Shown piece by piece: positions 57,287-64,000 of a stretch of 64,000 nucleotides of DNA. Location of the stretch: positions 3,351 through 67,350 of the forward strand of contig MFPS01000006.1 in NCBI GenBank assembly GCA_001782825.1. Direction: 5' to 3'. Positions within the stretch are counted from its first letter, which is position 1, and every line of letters begins with the position of its first letter. The translations under genes and the position numbers were made by a program. The notes beneath the pieces were generated by a model, which saw nothing but the letters and a program-made list of their open reading frames with translations, did not search any database and was not told the origin of the DNA. This DNA comes from Candidatus Magasanikbacteria bacterium RIFCSPHIGHO2_01_FULL_33_34. GTDB taxonomy: Bacteria > Patescibacteriota > Patescibacteriia > Magasanikbacterales > UBA922.

Positions 57287-58048
57287 CTAATTTCTAATTC
57301 TCCAACCAATTTTAAATAAATACCACACAATAGAACCAAAAAATAAAATCAATCCCAAAATAATTGCAATCCCTATCCAAATATTTGATTCACTTACTCC
57401 AATCATTGAATAACGGAATCCATCTACAAAATAAAAAAATGGATTCAAACGCACATAAATCTGCATACCCTCAGGAAGCATATATATTGAATTGAAAACT
57501 CCTCCCAAAAATGTGAGTGGCGTAATTAAAAATGTATTCAAAAGAGACAATTGCTCAAAACTATCTGACCAAAGGCCAATCAACAAACCAAGCAGAGCAA
57601 ATATAACTGAAACTGATATAGCATAAAATAAAAACAACCAAAAATGAGAAATAGTAGCTGCGCTAAAAAATACTGCAAGAATATAAATACCAATACCTAC
57701 AACTACAGATCTTGCCACTGCTCCAACCACATAACCAACAATCATTTCCAAATAAGATATCGGCGCAGTCAAAACTTCCTCAATATGTCGAGCAAATCTT
57801 TGAAAATACAAAGAGAAAGCAGTTTGTGAAAATGATGAATTAATCAAATTGAGCATCACGATACCCGGTAGCACAAAATCAATATACTTAACTCCAGCAA
57901 TCAAATCAATCCGCGCGCCCACAACTACCCCAAATATCAAAATATATAAAGCAGCACTAATCAATGGACTTAAAATTGTCTGAACAGAAGTCCTCAAAAA
58001 TCTTTCAATTTCCCTAAATGTAAATGTCTTTAATCCAATATAATTCAT
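57287..58048 (-). CDS. ABC-2 type transporter permease
   Basis: Six TM helices, 253 aa. It lies immediately downstream of the DrrA-like ATPase. Confidence 0.8.
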   Translation of the reverse strand: MNYIGLKTFTFREIERFLRTSVQTILSPLISAALYILIFGVVVGARIDLIAGVKYIDFVLPGIVMLNLINSSFSQTAFSLYFQRFARHIEEVLTAPISYLEMIVGYVVGAVARSVVVGIGIYILAVFFSAATISHFWLFLFYAISVSVIFALLGLLIGLWSDSFEQLSLLNTFLITPLTFLGGVFNSIYMLPEGMQIYVRLNPFFYFVDGFRYSMIGVSESNIWIGIAIILGLILFFGSIVWYLFKIGWRIRN

Positions 58049-58053
58049 ACCTT

Positions 58054-58767
58054 CTATTTAATTAATTCCAAATATGTTTTTTCTAAACTCGAACCATTTT
58101 CTGTAAACTTTTCTTTTTTATCTAATGCAATGATCTCACCTTTATTTATTACAGCTATCTTGTTACACAATTGTTCAACTTCTTCCAAATAATGTGAAGT
58201 AAATAAAATAGTTTTTCCTTGTTGATTTATTTTTTTCAAATAATCCCAAAGCTCATGACGTAATTCAACATCCACCCCAGCCGTTGGTTCATCCAATATC
58301 AAAAGCTTTGGATCATGCATCATAGCTCTTGCCAACATTACTCTCCGCTTGAGCCCGCCTGACAACATTCTAAACTCTTTTTCTTTGTGACGCTCCAAAT
58401 CAAATAATTTTAATAATTCTGGTATCTTTTCTTTTCGCTCATTTCTGGTCATACCATAATAACCACCGATATACCATAATATTTTTTCCGCTGGTGCCCA
58501 GATATCGACATTGTTTTCTTGAGGAGAAATCCCTATCATCATCCTAGCCTCCCGATAATCAACTACCACATCTTTATCAAAAACTTTAATCACACCTTGA
58601 TCAAATTTCACTATACCAGTAATAGCCCCGATTGTAGTGGTTTTACCAGCACCATTTGGACCCAAGAAACCAAAAAACTCGCCTTCCTCAATATCAAAAG
58701 AAATATTATTAACAGCTACATTTTCACCATATTTTTTGTATAAATTGTCTATTTCCAAAGCTTTCAT
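58054..58767 (-). CDS. ABC transporter ATP-binding protein (DrrA/ABC-2 subfamily)
   Basis: Walker A GPNGAGKTT, signature LSGGLKRRVMLA, and Walker B LLILDEPT. Confidence 0.9.
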   Translation of the reverse strand: MKALEIDNLYKKYGENVAVNNISFDIEEGEFFGFLGPNGAGKTTTIGAITGIVKFDQGVIKVFDKDVVVDYREARMMIGISPQENNVDIWAPAEKILWYIGGYYGMTRNERKEKIPELLKLFDLERHKEKEFRMLSGGLKRRVMLARAMMHDPKLLILDEPTAGVDVELRHELWDYLKKINQQGKTILFTSHYLEEVEQLCNKIAVINKGEIIALDKKEKFTENGSSLEKTYLELIK

Positions 58768-58919
58768 ATATATAACAAATTCTTTAAATAATAACCTTCA
58801 AATGTTCAAGTATAATAACATTATATACACAAATTGAAAAGAAGCAAAAAAATAAATCAAAAACAATAATATATAACTAAATATACCCAAAAAATAATCA
58901 ACTGCCATCAAAATATATA

Positions 58920-59333
58920 CTACTTTTTTATTAATTCTATATATTTATTTTTAATCTCCTCAGGTCGCAAATCATCCCCTCTCAATCTGTCCAAATCAAT
59001 CCAATCAACTTCATGCGTTCCTTCATATTCATTATGCTCATCATATTCAGGTCCATGAGGATTACTCTCACTACCACCAATAATCTCTGCCAAATAAAAA
59101 TTCTCGTCAGCATCCATATATGATGCCAAAAAATGATAATTTGCAAAAAATTTACCAACTTTTACTTCATACCCAGTTTCCTCTTTCATTTCACGCTCCA
59201 ATGCTTCAATATCACTCTCACCTTCCTCAACACCACCACCAGGAAAGACCCAATAAATTTCTTGTGATTTTATTCTTTTGAGAACCAAAAGCTTATTATC
59301 TTTTACAGTAATTGCTCTAACAATTTTTCGCAT
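58920..59333 (-). CDS. NUDIX hydrolase
   Basis: Nudix box GGGVEEGESDIEALEREMKEETG. Confidence 0.85.
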   Translation of the reverse strand: MRKIVRAITVKDNKLLVLKRIKSQEIYWVFPGGGVEEGESDIEALEREMKEETGYEVKVGKFFANYHFLASYMDADENFYLAEIIGGSESNPHGPEYDEHNEYEGTHEVDWIDLDRLRGDDLRPEEIKNKYIELIKK

Positions 59334-59334
59334 A

Positions 59335-59691
59335 CTAATTTGATTTTTTAAACTTTACAGAAAAAACTGGCTCATACTCATTATCATATTTATCCTTTAT
59401 TTCAATAGGTTCACCTTTGGTATATTTGAGCATTGCTATATCATTCAACATTTCTTGATCACTTTCAATATCAATTTTTAAATCCTCAATTTTTGTCACC
59501 TCATTAGCACATTGACTTTGAATAGCACTCAATACAGACTTTCTTTTTTCTCTCAATACCTTCATTTTTTCTTCAATCTCTTTAAACTCAGCCGAATTAT
59601 CTTGAATTTGTTTACAAACACTCTTCAAATCTTTCAATTCTGCTTTTTTTTCTTGGATTGCGATAAAAACATCTTGTATATTGTGTTCCAT
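59335..59691 (-). CDS. hypothetical coiled-coil protein (start adjusted to MEHNIQDV)
   Basis: ORF with heptad-like charged periodicity and no recognised domain. Confidence 0.4.
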   Translation of the reverse strand: MEHNIQDVFIAIQEKKAELKDLKSVCKQIQDNSAEFKEIEEKMKVLREKRKSVLSAIQSQCANEVTKIEDLKIDIESDQEMLNDIAMLKYTKGEPIEIKDKYDNEYEPVFSVKFKKSN

Positions 59692-59821
59692 ATAATAAAA
59701 TTTAATAAAAAAAATAATGTCTAACATTTTTGATAATCTTAAAATACCACATATAAACTATAGCGTCAAAAAATACAAAAGAAGACTGCCGAAACAGTCT
59801 TCTGATACAATGAGCCCATCT

Positions 59822-60028
59822 TTATGATGTAACCTTTCTTATTAACCAACTTAAAAATCTTTTCGTAATAAGAAACGGTACAAAAACACAAATTCCAAAA
59901 AAATAACCGAATAGCTTTGTGGGTAAAAAATTCTTGTCAACAAGATATCTTGTTATCTTTGTGAGCGCTAGCTCCACTCCTTTTGTTTGTTTATAAATAT
60001 CAAGTTTTGTTCCTTTTTTACGGCTCAT
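59822..60028 (-). CDS. small hypothetical C-terminal-anchored membrane protein (68 aa)
   Basis: AGGAG RBS 7 nt upstream of the ATG. It has a basic N-terminus and a single C-terminal TM segment. Confidence 0.4.
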   Translation of the reverse strand: MSRKKGTKLDIYKQTKGVELALTKITRYLVDKNFLPTKLFGYFFGICVFVPFLITKRFLSWLIRKVTS

Positions 60029-60141
60029 CTTACACTCCTTTGTTTATATTATAATAGTATCACAAAACAATATCAAAAAAAACTTGACATTCACTAAAAT
60101 TAAGATTACTATAACCTAACATTTATTTTAAAATCATTTAT

Positions 60142-61329
60142 ATGCACAAACTTAGACTAACTTTAGGTACATTACTAACTATAGCAATTGCCATCACGAT
60201 GTCTGGAGTAGATAATCTACATGCGCAAGGCAACCCAAATAGAGTAATAGTTACCTTTGACGAAAATGTAGTAAACGAAACAGCCCAAGCATCATTAGAA
60301 AAAGTCGGTGGAGTAGTCGTAAGATTATTACCATCAGTAAATGGCGCTGTTGTAGTATTACCAGATCATGCTTCAGAAAAAGCCTTAAAAGGATCCCTTG
60401 GAATATTAAGAGTAGAAGAAGATGTTGTAGTTTATGCTACAAAAAGAGGTGAGGGAAAACCACCATCGGACAATGTACAACCACCACAAGTACTAGATTG
60501 GGGAGTTGACCGTATTGATGCTGAATTATCACCAAATACCGGCGCTGGAATAAAAGTAGCAGTAATTGATTCGGGTATTGATATGGATCACCCTGATTTA
60601 ATTGCTAATTTAAAAGGTGGCGTGAACTTTGTTTCAAAAGGTAGACTTGCTGCTGACCCAAATAAATGGGATGACGACAATGGACACGGTACTCATGTTG
60701 CTGGAACCATCGCTGCCACAAATAACGAAATTGGCGTAGTAGGCGTTGCTCCAAATACAGAACTATATGCTGTAAAATCACTTGACAGCAGAGGTAATGG
60801 TTACTTGAGTGATATAATTGCTGGCCTTGAATGGGCAGTCGCTAATGATATGGATGTAGTAAATATGAGTTTAGGCACTACTAGTGATATCCAAGCTTTT
60901 CATGATGCAATTGACGCAGCCTATAGCGCAGGTGTTGTTCTAGTCGCTGCAGCCGGAAACTCTGGAGATGGCGACCCAAATACAAATAATGTTGAATACC
61001 CAGCAAAATATTCATCAGTAATAGCAGTTGGAGCAACTGATGTAGCTGACAACTCACCATACTGGAGTTCAGAAGGCGTAGAAGTTGAAGTTTCAGCACC
61101 AGGAGTAAATATATTATCAACTTACAAAGGTGGATCTTATACAACTCTAAGCGGAACTTCTATGGCTTCCCCTCATGTAACTGGTGTGATTGCTCTACTA
61201 TTAGAGAGTAATCCTTTACTAACGCCAGTACAAGTTAGAACTACCCTACAAACCACAGCAAACGATCTAGGTGATATTGGACATGACAATGTCTATGGTT
61301 ATGGCTTGGTAGATGCTCTACTTCAATAA
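60142..61329 (+). CDS. secreted subtilisin-like serine protease (peptidase S8)
   Basis: Signal peptide, then the catalytic triad contexts VAVIDSGID (Asp), HGTHVAGTIAA (His) and GTSMASPHVTG (Ser). Confidence 0.85.
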   Translation: MHKLRLTLGTLLTIAIAITMSGVDNLHAQGNPNRVIVTFDENVVNETAQASLEKVGGVVVRLLPSVNGAVVVLPDHASEKALKGSLGILRVEEDVVVYATKRGEGKPPSDNVQPPQVLDWGVDRIDAELSPNTGAGIKVAVIDSGIDMDHPDLIANLKGGVNFVSKGRLAADPNKWDDDNGHGTHVAGTIAATNNEIGVVGVAPNTELYAVKSLDSRGNGYLSDIIAGLEWAVANDMDVVNMSLGTTSDIQAFHDAIDAAYSAGVVLVAAAGNSGDGDPNTNNVEYPAKYSSVIAVGATDVADNSPYWSSEGVEVEVSAPGVNILSTYKGGSYTTLSGTSMASPHVTGVIALLLESNPLLTPVQVRTTLQTTANDLGDIGHDNVYGYGLVDALLQ

Positions 61330-61348
61330 ATAAACAATTCCAAATAAA

Positions 61349-61378
61349 AAAGTCCATCTATCAAGATGGCTTTTTTAT
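61349..61378. terminator. bidirectional rho-independent terminator between the S8 peptidase and rlmN
   Basis: Stem ccatct/agatgg with loop atca, followed by cttttttatttctttttattttttg. Confidence 0.5.
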
Positions 61379-62388
61379 TTCTTTTTATTTTTTGTTGCTA
61401 ATTGACCACAAGCGGCGTCAATATCTGTCCCAAAAGTTTGTCGTTGCGTCACTTTTATTCCTGCGCGCAATAACAAATTTTTGAACCTGATTATAGCTGT
61501 TGCGCTTGAAGATTTATGACTGCCAGTTGGATTATATCTGATTAAATTTACTACAAACAATTTATTATCCATGAGTTCAATCAATTGTTTTGCATGAATT
61601 TCTTTGTCAGTTACTCCATCAATCAACATATACTCAAACATTACTTGTCTACCAGACTTAGCAATATAATTTTTAACCGCAAACATTAGTTCATCCAAAG
61701 GATTCAAACGATTAACCGGCATCAAAGAAGACCGAAGCTCATCATTTGGTGCATGAAGTGATATTGCCAGATTAACTTGCATTGGTTCTTTGGCAAACTT
61801 ATTTATTCCTTCTACCAAACCACACGTAGAAATAGAAATATGTCTTGCGCCAATATTCAATCCATCCTTATCATTATATATGCGAATAGCTTTCCAAACA
61901 TTATCATAATTGAGAAATGGCTCACCCATACCCATAAAGACAATATTTGTAATTCTATTATTTTCTTTACCTTCAGACTTTAAATATCTAGCAAAAAATA
62001 ATACTTGTACTACAATTTCTCCGACTGTCAAATTTCTTTCTCGTCCCATTTTTCCAGTAGCACAAAATGTACAGCCCATAGAACAGCCAACTTGTGAAGA
62101 AACACACACTGTTTTTCGTCCGTCACGATGCGACAACAATACTGACTCAATTTTATTACCATCTTCTAGGGTAATAAGGGCTTTAAGCGATCGACTTTTT
62201 TGAGAACCAAATACCTCACAAGCAATTTCCAATGGCGCCTCTGCATTCAATTTTTCTCTCAATACCTTTGGTAAAGTAGTACACTTATCCCAAGAATCAA
62301 TCAGATCAACAAAAATAGAATGCCAAACTTGCTTCATTCTATATGCAGGTTCATCAGCCAAAATTAATTTTATTTTATCTATATTCAT
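61375..62388 (-). CDS. rlmN: 23S rRNA (adenine2503-C2)-methyltransferase, radical SAM RlmN/Cfr family
   Basis: CSMGCTFCATG radical-SAM cluster motif, GMGEP, and a C-terminal conserved Cys (DAACGQL). Confidence 0.9.
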   Translation of the reverse strand: MNIDKIKLILADEPAYRMKQVWHSIFVDLIDSWDKCTTLPKVLREKLNAEAPLEIACEVFGSQKSRSLKALITLEDGNKIESVLLSHRDGRKTVCVSSQVGCSMGCTFCATGKMGRERNLTVGEIVVQVLFFARYLKSEGKENNRITNIVFMGMGEPFLNYDNVWKAIRIYNDKDGLNIGARHISISTCGLVEGINKFAKEPMQVNLAISLHAPNDELRSSLMPVNRLNPLDELMFAVKNYIAKSGRQVMFEYMLIDGVTDKEIHAKQLIELMDNKLFVVNLIRYNPTGSHKSSSATAIIRFKNLLLRAGIKVTQRQTFGTDIDAACGQLATKNKKK

Positions 62389-62465
62389 AGTTTATCAAAG
62401 ACAGCCTATAATACCCCAAAACAAAGCTTTTGTCAAGCCGATAACCCTACTATGCCAAAACACGA

Positions 62466-63578
62466 TTATTTAATAATAACTTCTGTTTCCGGCATTTTTT
62501 CAACCTGTTCAACCTCAAAAGAAACCTTCCCCAACACCTGTCCTCGTTTTGTTTCTACAAACACCCTCCATTTTCCAGGTGATACATTAGACGAAACAGA
62601 ATAACCACGATAACCGTCACTCCTTCCCCCAAAAATAGCAAAAGAAAATTTATTCATTGAAATCCATTTTTCACTACGCTCATCATATCTCTGCCAATGA
62701 TGCACAATCTCTGTGTTCAAATCAACTGGAGAAAATACAGCTGAAAAAACATATATAGATTTTTTATCTACAATATTTATTGTTAACCCCGGAATAAGTT
62801 TTTGGAATACCGATTGTTTTTCAGCAGTCAATTCATAATTTTGCCCCACATGAAAAACATTATTATATACACCAATATCACGTAAAGAAAGAGGAATTGG
62901 TGGTATTATATTCAAAAAATAAAGCCCATTTATAAAAAGAAAAATTGTTACTATATATATAATTAACCTTTTATATTTTTTTCTAATTTCGGCCACTTTT
63001 TTTGCTAAAATAAATATATAAATATATATAGCCAAAAGAGAAACAATGCCTGACAAAATAAAAATCCAAGGACTAATAGAATTGAAAACATATGGCAAAA
63101 CATAAGAAAAAAATGTTATCAATGTAAAAAAGAATACACTCAACTGAATACTGGATTTCAAATATGATTCTTTAAAAATTTCATTTGAAATCATCAAGAA
63201 AAAAATAGAGACAATAAGAGGCCAACTAACAGAAAAAACTCCTCCAAAAGAATAAAATATAAATGAAGCTGAAAGTAATGCACCAAAACTAAATTGCATT
63301 ACAAGTGGAGATAATATACGCAAATACCCCATAAATTTGCCTTGTCGTGATACCCAATGTTCATCATAAATATTAATAAAAGCAATAGCCAAACCAACCA
63401 AAATAATATGGATTATAAGCAAAACAAATGCCAATACCATATCAATACTCCTAAAAGTAATCACATCAACCACAAAACCAAAAACTAGTGCACCTGGTAT
63501 TATTTGCCTTTCATATTTTTTGTATATTAATTTTACTTTTCTATACAAAAGTAAATTTTTTACTTTATCTTTTATCAT
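62466..63578 (-). CDS. polytopic membrane protein with a C-terminal extracytoplasmic beta domain (DUF2914-like)
   Basis: Eight or more TM helices, followed by a C-terminal soluble domain of about 120 aa ending GKWRVFVETKRGQVLGKVSFEV. Confidence 0.45.
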   Translation of the reverse strand: MIKDKVKNLLLYRKVKLIYKKYERQIIPGALVFGFVVDVITFRSIDMVLAFVLLIIHIILVGLAIAFINIYDEHWVSRQGKFMGYLRILSPLVMQFSFGALLSASFIFYSFGGVFSVSWPLIVSIFFLMISNEIFKESYLKSSIQLSVFFFTLITFFSYVLPYVFNSISPWIFILSGIVSLLAIYIYIFILAKKVAEIRKKYKRLIIYIVTIFLFINGLYFLNIIPPIPLSLRDIGVYNNVFHVGQNYELTAEKQSVFQKLIPGLTINIVDKKSIYVFSAVFSPVDLNTEIVHHWQRYDERSEKWISMNKFSFAIFGGRSDGYRGYSVSSNVSPGKWRVFVETKRGQVLGKVSFEVEQVEKMPETEVIIK

Positions 63579-63717
63579 GTAAGTTTATTATATAACAAAT
63601 GTACTATAATCCCAAAAATCACCAAATTAGGTGATTTTTTACACTTCCATTATTGAACAAATTAAAAATCTTAAATCAAAAATATTTTAATTTAAATAAA
63701 ATAATATTTTTATTATT

Positions 63718-64000
63718 TTATAATTCTACTAATTGTAAACCTACCACCTTTAAATATTTAGATATTCCAATTGAAGGTTTGGTTGTCATTGGCTCGTCAA
63801 TTGCTCTATCAGCATAATTTACTATAATTTTCCCTTCCATAAAATTTGTAGTTTGTGGTGCAATTCTATCACCTAATAATATACCATTAGTTTCTACAAA
63901 ACCGTCCTCTGTCCCTAATTTGGCCTTCACATAATAAAAAGTTCCACTACCTCCACCATCTTCTGTATAAAGATAAACCACGTCTTCCTTGCCATCATTA
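63718..64000 (-). CDS. hypothetical protein, partial (N-terminus beyond the window end; the listed start is an internal GTG)
   Basis: The frame stays open upstream to the window edge (…NDGKEDVVYLYTEDGGGSG…). Confidence 0.35.
   Translation of the reverse strand, partial: NDGKEDVVYLYTEDGGGSGTFYYVKAKLGTEDGFVETNGILLGDRIAPQTTNFMEGKIIVNYADRAIDEPMTTKPSIGISKYLKVVGLQLVEL

Overview
The window is 64 kb of low-GC (about 30% by eye) bacterial chromosome, read with the standard genetic code. An intact RF2 gene (SPF motif) is present and TGA terminates ORFs such as yraN, so a recoded-UGA lineage is excluded. Housekeeping genes include smc, nrnA, clpP, a small Hsp20, rsmA/ksgA, tsaC, prfB, yraN, nusA, yidC, groES/groEL (with a CIRCE-like operator), rlmN, a NUDIX hydrolase, a subtilase, and two ABC systems. 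Three class-II (long variable arm, G73) Ser-type tRNAs lie between 10.9 and 14.1 kb. The main accessory feature is a block of about 21.8 kb at 14.06-35.85 kb, entirely on the minus strand with tight or overlapping junctions. It encodes a VirB4/TraC-family ATPase, a PrgI/VirB3-like 2-TM protein, a VirB4-N-domain-like protein, and a bitopic VirB8-like candidate. It also carries a 1637-aa VirB6/TrbL-like polytopic protein with a charged tail of about 1250 aa, a 3226-aa secreted Cys-rich giant protein, a Ca-binding (DxDxDGxxD) acidic membrane protein, and ComFC at the distal end. No relaxase, coupling protein or pilin was recognised, which fits the T4SS-like uptake/attachment systems of ultra-small, CPR/Patescibacteria-like genomes (an inference from gene content). 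Non-coding signals are unusually rich. One is an approximately 100-nt structured element present twice (6.84 kb and 52.35 kb), with compensatory base-pair changes and independently evolved closing helices. A GC-elevated 400-bp structured intergenic block lies after clpP. A promoter/terminator-delimited candidate sRNA of about 160 nt lies upstream of groES. A dispersed octamer tandem-repeat family (AAACATAY)n sits roughly 10-50 bp upstream of TGGTAT(A/T)AT extended -10 promoters at three loci (1 bp at hsp20, 43 bp at vanW, 45 bp at the acidic-protein/giant operon), and also occurs in-frame inside rsmA. No CRISPR array, transposase or rRNA gene was found.
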